This document shows, one piece after another, positions 11,675-25,050 of a DNA stretch of 64,000 nucleotides (position 1 is its first letter; every line of letters begins with the position of its first letter). The DNA is taken from NCBI GenBank assembly GCA_049999805.1, contig JBNGIO010005405.1:1-64000 (forward strand), written 5' to 3'. Both the position numbers and the translations under genes were made by a program. Below the pieces are notes generated by a model that was not told where the DNA came from, searched no databases, and was given only the letters and a program-made list of their open reading frames with translations. This DNA is from Folioceros fuciformis (lineage: Eukaryota).

Positions 11675-14017
11675 TCACAGCCTGGCCTTCGCGCTTAGTC
11701 CAGCTGCAATCTTCTGGCCCAAGCTCGCATCACACTGCAGAAGGAGAGCAAAGATGGGATCAGATAATTGTGGGGAGCAGAGCACCTAGAACTGTCTTCC
11801 TAGACAACAAGTTCCCACAGTGTCAATTACCTGAGACCAGTACGAAATCCAAATGCTGCGAATCTCGTGGGTCACTCGGGGATCCGACAGGCCATCCACC
11901 CACATGTTCACGAACCTTTCCTGCCTGCAGATAGCCGAAAGATAGTTTGAGAAGGGTAAAAGCCAAGCGAAGACAAGTCTCGTTGCCCCCAAGCCAGTTC
12001 ATACCTGTCTGGAGCCCATGACCGGTACCGAATTCCTGGCTGCTGGAAATTGTTCTCCTTCTCAATCATAACCTGACACAGTTCACAGACATCCGTGAGT
12101 CCACAACGCAAACTCACCTTCGCAGCCTCCTTTTGAAAATGCTACAAATGAGAAATCAACCTCTAAGGCATCTTTCACTTCTCCTGCTCTCTCTGCTTTT
12201 TCTCTCAACTCTTCATCACTGACCTTCTCACGCTTCCCCGAAAGCGCGGCTGAGGGAATCGGCACCCTCTCCGAATGTCGCACCGGGTCAAACCTAGATG
12301 GGAAGTAGTTCACCTGTGTCAAGGCAAAACACCACACGCGTTGGAGGAGACATGCCCACCAGAAAGCAAAATCTCCACTGGGAAGGGACGTAGTTGACGT
12401 ACCTCCTCGTCCCTGTGCATGAAATTCATGAAACCCTCGTGATGGTTGTTGTGATAAGCACACTTGGGGGCATTGACAGGCAGAAGAAGGTAGTTCGGCC
12501 CCAGCCTGTGCCTCTGGGTATCTGCGTACGAGAAGATACGGGTCTGCAAGAGCTTGTCGTCGGTGTAGTATACACCTGGGACGACGAGGGCAGGGCAGAA
12601 GGCAAGCTGCTCATTCTCTGCGAAGAAGTTGTCAATGTTCCTGTTGAGAACCAACCTTCCAACCGGCTGCAGGGGGAACAACTCCTCGGGCCACGTCTTG
12701 GTAACATCCAGGGGATCAAAATCGTACTTATCTTCATCAGCAGGGTCGAGAGTCTGGATGAAAAGCGTCCACTCAGGGAAGTCCCCTGCGGCGATGGAAT
12801 CGTACAGGTCCTTGGTAGCATGGCTGTGGTTGGTACCGCCCACGATCACAGCCTCATCACCAATCAGGTTTTCCTCACCGCAAGTAGGGATCCAGTGGAA
12901 CTTCACAAACGTCTGTTTCCCCACCCTGTTGATCAAGGAGAAGGTGTGAACACCAAAACCGGGCATGTGCCTGTAGTCCTTGGGGATACCAACATCATCA
13001 AACAGGAAAGTGAACATGTGGCAACTCTCAGGATGGTGGGAGAAGAAATCCAGGATCCGCCACATCTCCTGAATATGGCTCTTGGGGTTGGGCTTCAGAG
13101 CGTGGACCATGTCAGGAAATTTCATGCCATCCCTGACGAAAAACACTGGCATGTTGTTCCCAACCATATCGAAGTTGCCCTGCACAGGCACAGCCCGAAA
13201 TGCCTCAATCCATACCAAGTCATTATCATCGAACTGCAACTCCTGCCCTAAGCCCTCGCCCTGTCACTACCCAACTCACCTCCCTGGTGTAGAACTTGAC
13301 AGCAAAGCCGCGAGGATCCCTGAGAGTTTCGGGGCTGCCACGCTCATGGATGACAGTAGAGAAACGCAGGATAATCGGAGTCTGAACACCAGGCGCCCGC
13401 AGGAAGTCGGCGCAGGTGAGATGGGAAACATCGTGGGTGACCTCAAAAAATCCTTTAGCGCTGGCACCTCGCGCGTGCACAACACGCTCCGGAATCCTTT
13501 CCCTATCGAACTGTGCAATCTTCTCCACCAAATGGTAGTCCTCCAACAAAATAGGACCTGCACAGCCCACAAACCCACCAACATCATTCCTCACCATGAC
13601 AGCGGCATCACTGAAACGCATCCCCCTCCCACCGGCCTCAAAATGGTGCCCCGGACGAACCTCGAGCCCCGACGGTGAGCGAGTGGTTGTTGTTCCATAC
13701 CGGTGCACCCGAATTGGTAGTGAAGTGGGACGAATTGTGGGCGCTGGATGGCCGATACTGCAATGTTCACCGAACAAGCAGGCCATTAGCAGCATCCTCA
13801 CTAAGGCCAGCTACACACACAAACACACACAGATCAAGGGGCATGCCGAGGCATCACCTCCCCGGGCATGGCCCCCTACCCTTCTCCCAATTGAAGCAAA
13901 ACACCCTAGGGAGACATTGTGCACACAAAATGCGAATTTTCCGAATCATGCTACGACTCGTGCGACTCAGTCAGGCGAATCGGGCAAGGGCGAAATGCGT
14001 ACCTTGTAAGGATCCAT
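11675..14017 (-). CDS. CAT: Monofunctional heme catalase, multi-exon
   Basis: Starts MDPYK| and contains [34 protein letters not shown] and [14 protein letters not shown]. The last exon is [19 protein letters not shown]. Confidence 0.97.
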
Positions 14018-14551
14018 GGCGGCAACCCGGAGCTCACACCCTGCGCGTCAGTGGGCTACAGGCCAGCAAGCACCCAGGGAAGAAATGGCCACAGGGAGAA
14101 GGACGCAGGTCAATTTAAAGGGGCGTCAAGACAAGGTTTCGCCTCCCGGTTTCGCCGTGACGCACTGATGGCGAAAACTTCATTGCCGTCGCAGTAGCGG
14201 ATCGTTTCGCGATTTCAGCCGCTACTCCGGATCGGGAAACGCTGCATCCAGAAGATCATGGTCGGTTTCACACGGCACCCAAATACCAACCTCAAATGGA
14301 TAAGGTCAGGCCACGTCAGCAGGGACGTAAGTTAATCGCATGGCCTTCGCCGTGACACGCGGACACCTGGATTTTCGGGTGGCAGCCGAAAATATAGTAG
14401 TAACACGTCCGGCAGGCCGAGGCTGGCGTGTTACCCCTGGTTCTACTGCTGCTATTTGGTATCCTCTGGACGTCCTTGTGGGAACTCGTCAGTTTCAACA
14501 GAAGGCAACTGCAAACATACCCAGCACGGATCCATCCAAAATAACACCATA

Positions 14552-17500
14552 CTACACAGGAGCCGGGGAGCTAGCTCGAGTCCCTTGTTCAAATGCGCCC
14601 CAGATCTCGGCGATCTCCTCGGCCGTCAAGGCAATGGAGTTGGCGTGCCCTATCCGCATAGGGGTGGAAGGCTGTGACATAGGGGTTGATCTATTGGACA
14701 TGGAATGAGGGGTGGAAGGCAGAGAGAACTGGCTCAGGTCGAAAATAGGCCCATCCGAACCTCTCGAGTCTACGGAGGAACGACGGGCATTGGAGTCTCC
14801 GGGGGTTGATGGGAGAGAGTACTGGCTCAGGTCGAAGATAGCACTCTTGGGAGAACTGGGAGCAGAGGAGGACAGCCTAACAGGCTTCTCACTGAGGGTA
14901 GAGATGACTTCTGAAAGCTGACTGTCTGTGATCTTGATAGGCCTTGGAGGTCGTGGGATAGCTGGAAGGGTGCCGGTCTTCTTACTAGCCGCTAGCTTGA
15001 CAAGGAAGTTGTCCGAAGCTGTCGTGGAAGGACCTTTGCTTAACACGGAAGGGCTCTGGTTGGCGACGACATCGAGGGTAGAAACACTCGGACCTTTCCC
15101 AGACGTGAAAGCCGTAGTCAGAAGTGGTTCCGGGATCTGATCAGGCAAATGAACAACATGAAAACCGTTAACCTCTACCACAATCTGTGACATTAGGACA
15201 CGACGAAGAGGAGAACAACGTGAGCGGAAGAGCTTTACCTGGGCTATCAACCCGTTGGATGCATCCTTCAGTGGGTGCTGCACGTCATGAAAGTCAAGTT
15301 CAGATACCTTTGACGATTTCACGGAAGCCTCACTTGACACCGCATCCACTGAAAGCTTGAAAGGAGACCCAAAAGCGTCCAAGCACACTTCGGATGCTGA
15401 AGTGTCCACCCTTGCAGAAGACGAGGCCTCAGAGTAGTAGCTAGTACCCTCTGACACAATCCCTCGAACATTGTTCAATACAAGGGACTTCGTACTCCAA
15501 TGTTCCTCAGAAACACCCACTCTCTGAGAGCTGAGGCTTTCACGATCTGGGACTATCACCTTATGACTGTCCTCCACACCTGTCTTGCTTCTGGCAGAAA
15601 ACAAACCAGCACTGCCTTCAGTCGAGACCAGAACCTCAACTGCTTCTTCGACGTTCAAGCCTTCACCTAGGGCGGGAGAAATAGCTGTTTCTGATTGTGT
15701 GACTTCGACGTCGACCCATAATGGTAGATCGGCCATCGTGGCACCTTCACCAGACAGCGTTTGTCCTTGAGGTCGAGCTTCATAATTGTCGCTTTCCTGC
15801 ACAGCTTCGGGGTTCACAACATTGGAGTGCGTACCGACGTCAGATGAGCCCGATAATGTGCCCTTGTTGACGCCCACGCTTCTTGTTGTTGGCAATGCCA
15901 ACGAAGGGTCCACAGTCTCGTCTACACTCTCCACCGACACGTCAGCTACAAGTTCATCCTTCGAAGCCGTGCTCGTCCTCGCGCGGAAGACTGGATCCCC
16001 AGATTCAAATTCGTCATCTACCTGCTCATTCTGAGGTGCAACTCCCGCAGACCCAGGAAATCCTTGTTCAACGTGGTTTTCTTGCTGGCTCACACAATCA
16101 AGATCTTCAGTTCGTACACCTTCATCTGCTATCGAGACCACTCCACCTCCGACTGGCAAACTTGTAGAAGCTGAGGTATCATTGCTCTCACCATCCTTGA
16201 CAGGTGCCTCCGAAATTGGAATGCCAACCAAGTCAGAGTGGCCATTGGGATTGGTCTCCTTCCACTCGGATACAACATCAATTCCAGACGCCACCGTGGG
16301 CATGGCTAGGGAGCTGGTTTCAGATTTGCAGGACGATGCCACATTGGCAGCTACTACTTCGGTCTGTGATGTGCTTGAACTCTTATACTTCACGTCTTCA
16401 ACCTGGAAAACTCCCTCCACAATCAGATCAGATGGTGGCCTTGTCACTTCCACGGGAATGCTAGCTTTCTCCGCATCTTCCTCTTGGTGAAGGTCACGCT
16501 TCCCAGACCCCACGCTCCCTCTACCCACGACGGCCACATCAGGACCTAGCCTGTCAAGACTGGCGAACTCAGGAGGCCCAACTTCCCTCGCTTCAAGCTT
16601 GTTCCCTTTGTCCTGGTCCAGAAGAAGCGAGGTAATCAACCAGCCCTCGCCGAAAGTAGGTGTTCTTGGGCTAGCAGATGTGACGATAGAGGCGTCAGTG
16701 CCGGCAAGCGCAGAAGGCACTGAGCTTTCACCCTGCGACTGCACTGAGTCAGAGTTCTCGAGCGACGCGCCTGCGCATGACTGGCTCTCCGGACCAGCTG
16801 AAGCGACGTCTGCATTTGAAGTGATGGCGGGGTCATCTGCGGGCTCCAACTTCGCATGTTTGTCCGTTTCTGTCCAGCCCTCACTGCAGAAAGCATCATC
16901 GGGAAGAACAGTCCAATCTCTTGAGCGCTTTGCAGACCGAGACCTCTTGATTTCAGAAGGGAGGGGCCTTGTCAGCACTCCAGGGACTGAAGGAACGAAG
17001 GAGGGACGCCAGGGTCAGTGGCCGTTTTTCCGGAAGATAACCGCGGACTGAACAGCAAACGCCTTAGCTAAGTCCTTACCTGGAAGAGCTTCTACACTCC
17101 GCAAGACAGGTGACTTAGGAGGCTGCCGCTTCAGAGCCTGCTCGCGTTTAAGAGTCGCATTGACACTGATATCCTTAAGAGCAGGTCGTCCGGCCTTCAT
17201 CAGTTTGGCCTGGTTAAAAGACAAGGACACGACAATCTCTTCGCTAAACTGCCTGCTGGTGCTCACAGAACAATCCTAGAGGCACAACACTACCACAGCA
17301 ATTGTGAATTCACAAGAAAAGTAGAGAAACATACCACTTCAGGCCTGGTCTTCGCAACAAGAGCAGATACAGACTCCTCTTTAAGTTCGGCAGACTCCTG
17401 TGGAGCAGCGAGCGACTTCTCCGCCAAAGCCGAGACGGCACTCACAACATCAGCCCTAGTCTCCGGGTCCTTAAAGACAGCAAAGTGGCCGCCAAAGTCC

Positions 17501-18030
17501 GTGCTAGACATTGAAGGCCCCCTCAAATGAACACGAGCATCCGGTGCAAGAACGTCGGGACGAGAAGGAAGGTGAGTGACTGGAGCCTCGGCAACTCCCA
17601 AGCCACGTTCCACAGATGTAGGTAGCCCAGAATCCACCTCCGGCAACACTCCCTCAATCTTGCTTACCGAGCCTTCATCCTTACCAAGAACCGGCACCTC
17701 CTCACTCACTGGCCTCAAGTCTTGGACATCACCAACCACTTGCTGAGTTGCAGCAGCAGCAGCGGCTCTGCTTTCGCCCCTACCGAGACTCTTGTCGGAG
17801 AGTCCTGCGGCGTACTGGAGGACGGGGACCTGGACAAAACCATCCACTTCAGCGGGCTTCTTCACCAAAGAGGCGTCCAACGTCCGACCGTTAGTCTCCA
17901 CTCTCTGCTTCTCCGCCACGGCAATATCTTTCCTAACCTCCCGGACTGTGATGTGCGGGCTCGTCGCTCTCCTCCCATTGACAGGAGCCTTGGAGCCATT
18001 GCTCTCGCCCTTACTGAAGCACTTTCCCAT
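14552..18030 (-). CDS. Unknown ~1,086-aa Ser/Val/acidic low-complexity protein with N-terminal MGKCFSK acylation motif (3 exons: 18030-17335, 17209-17080, 16986-14552)
   Basis: Three ORFs join in frame through two canonical GT-AG introns (phases 0 and 1), 3,261 nt in total. No family recognised. Confidence 0.7.
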
Positions 18031-19118
18031 GGCTGCTGGAGTCGATTCTCTTCTTCCCCGAGCTCAATGCCAGTGCCAGGGACGAAGAGAATGCTTCCTC
18101 TTGCTCGTCAACCCGACACAGAGCAGCAGTCTGGCACCAAGCAATCCAGACATGGTTCAATTCCCATGTGCCTCCAAATGCAGGCGAGCGAAACACAGAC
18201 TCCAAACACAGTGCGTGGGACCAAGCGCGAGATTACCTCCAACCGGCGTCTCGAGACGCAGACTCCTCATGGCCGCGCGGCGTGCGCAGAGTGGAGGAGG
18301 GGAGAACGCACCCGAGCAGTAGCAGCAAAGGGCGATGTCAGTGAAGGGAGGAAATGGAGGGGGAGCGAGGGGGTAGCTCGCTGACGCGAGACATGGATAT
18401 GACACTTTTCACCGGGCAAGGCATTCGCCCGGACAACACCTACCCAGGTGGCACACTCGCGTGCATGTTCGGCCAGTTGAATTTTAAGCTGGGTGCTCAC
18501 CCGCCAAAAACACGGCCACAGGTGAAGATAGCAGCAGGACATAAGCTTCCCTGCGATCCCCTCCTTGCACACGCCATATCCGGATACTTCATGGGCTGGT
18601 GCTCGAAGGGTTTGGATTTGAATAATGGCATGGCGCGAATGGGAGCGAATTCGGTTTTTAATTTTAAAATTTCCGGTTTTCCTCGCTCTTCTTACTTCCG
18701 GGATACATATCTGGACATCAACTCCACACAGGATGGATGGGACTGCCTTTCACCAAAGCGTTAAAGCTCACATACGGTGAGTACAGTACATGTACTGTAT
18801 GCAAGAAAGCCTGTCACATGGATAATCATACGTATAGATAATGTATGCATGTACGACTGAGTGAATGATTGTCCTCCGCTGTCCTCTCGCCATGAAGCCC
18901 CCACACCTGGAACTGGGCTTGGGCCTGGCCTGGGTCGTGACAGAAGGGTTGATTGGGAGGACCAGATTCAGCTGTGCCTGACCCTCACGATCGAGGAGGA
19001 GGAGGAGGGGTAAGAAGAGGTGGTCCGGGCGGGCTGGTTGTGAATTTGTAGCAGAAGCGGCATTGGGGGTGAGGGATGCGGAGGGCGGCCTGAATCGGTG
19101 CTCGTCAATCAATTTGTG

Positions 19119-22100
19119 ATGGAGGCGTGCGGGGCGAGGCGGGCGCTGCTCCCGGCGGCAATGTGGCCGCTGCAGGTGTCGGGGGCCGGGCTGAGGATGG
19201 TGNNNNNNNNNNNNNNNNNNNNNNNNNNNNNNNNNNNNNNNNNNNNNNNNNNNNNNNNNNNNNNNNNNNNNNNNNNNNNNNNNNNNNNNNNNNNNNNNNN
19301 NNNNNNNNNNNNNNNNNNNNNNNNNNNNNNNNNNNNNNNNNNNNNNNNNNNNNNNNNNNNNNNNNNNNNNNNNNNNNNNNNNNNNNNNNNNNNNNNNNNN
19401 NNNNNNNNNNNNNNNNNNNNNNNNNNNNNNNNNNNNNNNNNNNNNNNNNNNNNNNNNNNNNNNNNNNNNNNNNNNNNNNNNNNNNNNNNNNNNNNNNNNN
19501 NNNNNNNNNNNNNNNNNNNNNNNNNNNNNNNNNNNNNNNNNNNNNNNNNNNNNNNNNNNNNNNNNNNNNNNNNNNNNNNNNNNNNNNNNNNNNNNNNNNN
19601 NNGAGTGGGTCGTGTGGAGCAGCCGCTAGTATCGTCTGCAGTCGTGAATTTGGCAACCGAGACGGCGCTCGTGCGGGTTAACTCCGATGTCGAGCAGCCC
19701 AGTGCCTTGGACAGTGCGAAGAGGGAGCTGGCCGAGTTCCTCGCAAAGCATCTTACCAGCTGTGGGTTCAAGTCCACCGTCAGAGGTGAGGAGTAAGCGG
19801 GAGTGGGTTTTGTGGCATGGTGTAGCTGCTGGGCACCAGGGACGGTAGGTAGGATGCATTCCAGTGTGAGAGAGTGCGAGGGGGAGGGAAAGCCCGGCTC
19901 GTACTCCGGAGTGATAACACCCTTTTTCTCTCAGCCTTGCCCTTGCCCTTGCCCTTGCCCTAGTACTGAACTGCTGTATGCATGGGTGGATTGCAGAAGG
20001 AGTGTTTTGAAGGAAGAATCCAAGTGCAGGTCCTGCTCCCACTTCCAAGCTTCCCTTCCTATTCATTTGGAGGGGTTTCTCTTGAGATCTCAGCTTGCCT
20101 TGGCATACCGTGTCCACGGCCTTGCTTGTGGGAGCTTTTACCTCACGATGAGTTCCTAGTCCTAGCTCTTAGTTGCTGCTGTTGGGACTCCTGGACAAGA
20201 GTCTGATACAAACCCCAAAATTTTCATTCACCTGGAGAGTAGTGCCGTATATCTTGGCTGACCAAATGCGTAAGCATAGTCAGGAATTTTCAGTGAAATT
20301 TTCACTTTTGTGTACAAGAAACAAGGATTGATCAATCAATGCTGCAAGTTAATAGTTCGTGACTGTTTCTCTGCATTCATCCTTTGTCAGGACTTTTTCA
20401 TGGCTACTCCGTGAAGTGCAGACATGTCTCAACACTTGCCTTGTCAAATGTGTTTTTCATTGTCAATTTGTGAGGTGCTGGACATTTTCGTATTTTGAGG
20501 TGCCTGCTGATTGTATGAGCCGAAAGTCCTTGGTAGTCCTCCTGATAGCTGATGGTGGGCTTGGTGTTTTTCTCTTGACAGGCCAAGGGGTTGTGGGGGG
20601 TACTGTTACTCCAGCAGCTTTGCGGAAGCGAGAGGAGCGGCTTGCCCGCTTGAAAGATAGTGGTATATTCAGAATGACCTTTGATAGAGTTTGACAAGGC
20701 TCTAGCTGTTGTTCAAGACATACTTTACCGTCATCCAGGCAGTCCCTTTGTGGCACAATGCGCCTGAGATGTCGGATGTCTTGTGTGCCCTCCTGGAAGT
20801 CAACTGATGGTGTGTGACTTATCATGCAGGCAGAAGACTGGCTACAGCTTGGACTCTTGCCGCAGCTTGCCTTGTCGGCCACACTGCTCATTTCTTTGCT
20901 CACAGCGCTCCAGCCTGGCTTCATGTTCTCCACTCTACTGGCTTCCATGCCGCACTATCCCTCGCTGCGCTTGCTGGGCCCGGCCGGAAGTTGCTTACCG
21001 ATGGGTGGAAAAGCTTTTGGAAAAAATCGCCAAATATGAATACGTTGGTAGGCTTGGGAGCAGTTTCTTCCTTCGCTGTCAGCTCAGCAGCTCTTCTCCT
21101 CCCACATCTGGTAAGGCTCTTCTACGTGGACTCTGTGTTAGACGTACATATGCCGAGATAAGAGAGTGACAACTCCTAAGAGAGTGGCTTCCGGTTCAGG
21201 GTTGGCAAGCTTTTTTTGAGGAGCCAGTAATGCTGCTAGCTTTTGTGCTGCTGGGAAGGGCTGTTGAAGAGAGGGCAAAGTTGAAGGCGACCAGTGACAT
21301 GGCAGCACTTCTGAACTTGCTACCTTCAAACGCCCGCCTTGTGATGGGATTGAAACCTGATGGTCATCCCTCAGTCGAAGAAGTCCCTTGCAGTGCACTT
21401 TCAGTCGGAGATGCTGTCCTTGTTCTACCTGGGGTATTTCTTATCTCTAAACAGAGGTCATTCTAGGATGTGACAACCTGCAGCCCGTCTGCAGGACGAG
21501 CTCATGATGCGCCATTGGACCAGCCTAAGCTCATGACAGTAAGATGTGCCTGTGCTAGGACCGCATTCCGGTTGATGGAGTAGTTCGACAAGGACGGAGC
21601 ACTGTAGACGAGTCCAGTCTGACTGGTGAACCCTTGCCGGTGTTGAAACAAGCAGGAGTACGTGGTGCCAAACCTATCTCTCTAGCCTTGTGTCAGGCCT
21701 GCCATTGCTCGGTGGGGAGGCCTAATGTCACAACATCTGGCAGGATGAAGTAAGTGCAGGGACTGTGAACTACAACGGAGCACTGACGGTAGAAACTGTA
21801 AGAGCAGGCGGTGAGTCCGTTATGGGAGACATTGTACGGATGGTGGAAGATGCCCAGACCAGAGAAGCTCCGGTGCAACGTTTGGCTGATCAGGTTGGTT
21901 GACAGCACACGGCGCATTTCAATTGCACCTTGAGTGTAGCGTTCAATAGCCGTGAAAGCTGATGTCTGATGTGTTGCAGGTGGCAGGACGGTTCTGTTAT
22001 GGGGTTATGGCCCTCTCTGCTGCAACTTTTGGGTTTTGGAGCTTGCTTGGGCCTCAGGTATTCCCAGCCGTGGTGCAGCAAAGCCAGGCCTTTCTGCTAG

Positions 22101-24126
22101 GTCTCCAACTCGCATGCAACGTTTTGGTGAGAGCTACTTCAATCTGTTTTGAGATTGCTTTCTGATGGCATCAATGAAATCGGTCGGCTTTTGGCTAACC
22201 TTCCCTGGTTTGCAGGTCATTGCTTGTCCTTGTGCTTTAGGACTTGCAACTCCGACGGCGGTTCTGGTGGGCAAATCTGCATTTATGCAAATTGTTGACG
22301 TGTTGCGAATGGCAATAGATGGGCAGAAGTGAAACTTGCAAGTCTGATTTGGTCAGGTGGGAACTTCTCTTGGAGCACGAAGGGGCTTGCTTATTCGTGG
22401 AGGAGACATACTAGAGAAGGTCTCAGGTCTCGCCACAGTGGTCTTTGATAAAACAGGAACTCTGACAATCGGCAAACCGCTTGTCACGAATGTGTTTGCC
22501 ATTCCCAGTGAAGCTTCGGATGGTACATCGCCCCGTTCTCCAACGTAAGGAATATCTGCTGCCTCGTCCCCTGTGCATCCCTGTGTTTTATGTGCTGTTG
22601 GTGAGGTTTGGAGTTGGCAGGGAGTACCGGCTGCAAAGAGAGGTGCCAGAACGGGAATTGCTAGCTCTGGCTGCTGGTGTGGAGAGGACAACATCACATC
22701 CGATCGCAAGAGCTCTTGTACAGGCAGCTGCTGAGGCTGGCTGTCGTAGTGTTTCAGTACGTCCCTTCAAATCACAGCTGCCTCACCACCAACTCATGTG
22801 TGACACAGCGTTTTCCGCTCTACGAAAGATGCACTTGTGGTCGTCCTGATTCAAAATTTGGTCAATGTTCCTTACAGGTGAAGGAACAATCCTTCGAACA
22901 GGAGCCTGGATCTGGAGCGACTGCTATTGTGGAAGGCAAGAGGGTGACCGTCGGAACTTTGGAGTGGGTCCAAAGGTGGGTTAGAACATGCCACTAGCTC
23001 TCTTCTTCAACTGCTGTGCATACTTAGGTCTTACCCCTTGTTTCTGTTTGGGCCCACAGATATGGAGCACAGGGCACGTTCTCAGAACCAGCTGAGCAAG
23101 GAGAGACTACGGTGTATGTTGGAGTGGACGACCGCATCGCAGGAGCAATCACCATGCGAGATGATGTGAGGGACGATGCCTCGGAGACCATACGGGCTCT
23201 CCAAAGCATGGGTATCCGAACAGTAATGCTATCTGGGGACAAGAAGACGGCGGCAGAGGCTGTTGCTTCGCAGATCGGCATGGACACCGAGCAGGTCACT
23301 GTCGACTCCTAGTGTCTCTCATTCCATGGTCCACCACATTCATCAGCATCCGGCGTGTGATGCGTTGCAACCTATGGATGCAGGTGCATGCCGGAGTGAA
23401 GCCTTCTGGTAAGGCCCAGTTCATCCGGCAACTTCAGCAAGCAAACCAGAGAGTCGGAATGGTGGGCGATGGCGTCAACGACGCCGCGGCACTTGCCCAA
23501 GCAGACGTGGGCATTGCCATGGCTGGGGGAGTAGGAGCTGCGAGTGAAGTTGCCTCCATTGTCCTGATGGGCGACAAGCTAGCTCAGGTTCCCCACTCCT
23601 CCACTCCATCTCATCCATCCCGAACTTGCTCCAGACCTAACACCCAGGTACTTCAGGTGGTGGATGCCATCGAGCTCAGCCGGGTTACCTTGAGAAAGAT
23701 TAAGCAGAACCTGTTGTGGGCCTTCATGTACAACATCGTAAGTGTCACACCTTTCCCCATACCTTTTGCATGATGCACTGAGTGAGATGCCGACCCTGGT
23801 ACCCTCGCATCTGGCAGGTGGGACTTCCAGTAGCAGCGGGTGTGCTTCTTCCAATCACGAACACAATGCTGACCCCATCCATCGCTGGTGCTCTCATGGC
23901 TGCGAGCTCGTTGGGAGTGATGGCCAACTCCCTCATGCTTCAATGGGAGTACGAGCGTTCCTCAACTGCCTTGCATAGGTCTGCTGCCTCCAGGTCCACG
24001 GCACCTCATGCCAAGAGAAGTGTCTCCGCCAGTCCTCCATCTCAGGAAGTACGGTACCAGGCAGAGGAAGACGACATAGAGAAGGCTCTCCTTCCTCAGC
24101 AGGAGAGGGGCAAATTCGCCCATTGA
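19119..24126 (+). CDS. PAA1: Chloroplast P1B-type Cu-transporting ATPase PAA1/HMA6 (5' part in an assembly gap)
   Basis: The HMA-domain tail [18 protein letters not shown]...[12 protein letters not shown] is PAA1-like. Also present: [57 protein letters not shown] and MAASS. Start codon inferred. Confidence 0.9.
19203..19602. other. Assembly gap (400 N) inside the PAA1 5' region
   Basis: Run of Ns flanked by GC-rich sequence. Confidence 1.
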
Positions 24127-25050
24127 CGTCCCTGATTTGCGTGTCGGGCCGAGTCCACTATTCAGGACAAATCCGACACGTTGTTCCTCGACTATCGTGC
24201 ACAGAGGCATGCCACGACCCGTCACGAACTTTACCTGTTTATCATGTGCAAGTCGGAGAGGAGGGCGGCAGGTAACACGTGGGCTGCGGTTGGGCGAAAC
24301 TGGTTACATCGCCGTTGAACGCAAGCTTTGCTATTCGATTGACTTGGCGAAACGTTTCGCCTTGCCCTCGACTGCCGGACCTGGCTCGAGCATTCAGGAT
24401 GTTGTGGTTCGCGGATCGTTCGGCAGTCGCGCAACTTGCCTTCCCCTCGTCAATTGAAGGAAGCTACATATTTTGAAGTCTCTGAGACCAGGAGCTTGGC
24501 TGGCGCGGCCTGCCTCCTCTTTTTTTTCTGCTGGAGGAGCGAGCTGCTCATCTCTCTTTACTGGATTGGCATTCCGGGCCCAGCCGGAAGGGAGTCTGTG
24601 CTGTACGACTCCTGATACTATTGAGGACACAAGTGGTAGAATAGTCTCTGGGTGCTGTCACGAATTCAATTGATTCGTCGCGCGCGTTGTAAGCAAATTT
24701 TTTTTTTCTTTGCCATTGTCGTGTGTGCCGATTGTCCCTGGTGGAAAGGTGTGCTGTTCGTCGGTCTTGGAGTTTTGCATTCGTCTTGCAGTTGAAGGAT
24801 TGTTCCTATTGCAAGCGAAAGGTTTGCATCTCAATTGAGTGTTCGGACCTTCTCCATTTGGACCATCAGATTGCCGGGTAGAGTGTTTCCGGCCAGCAAC
24901 ACCTGGATGCTGGTTTTAGTACAGCACCCGACAAGCTTGGAAGGGGGCAAGGGTGTGTTGGGAAAATGAAATGGGGATAGATGTCCCTGTACTGAAGTGC
25001 ATGTTCCTTGCTGTTGGATAGGATTATTTGTTTGACCGGAGGGAGCAACG

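Noticed and set aside
12394-13251. 285-aa plus-strand ORF; similar ORFs at 48632-49591 and 50126-51412
   Set aside because: Antisense shadows of the catalase and zinc-finger exons; the last is also inflated by Ns.
19098-19796. Long ORFs spanning the N runs (also 50845-51443)
   Set aside because: Artefacts of the gaps; only the PAA1 frame is supported.
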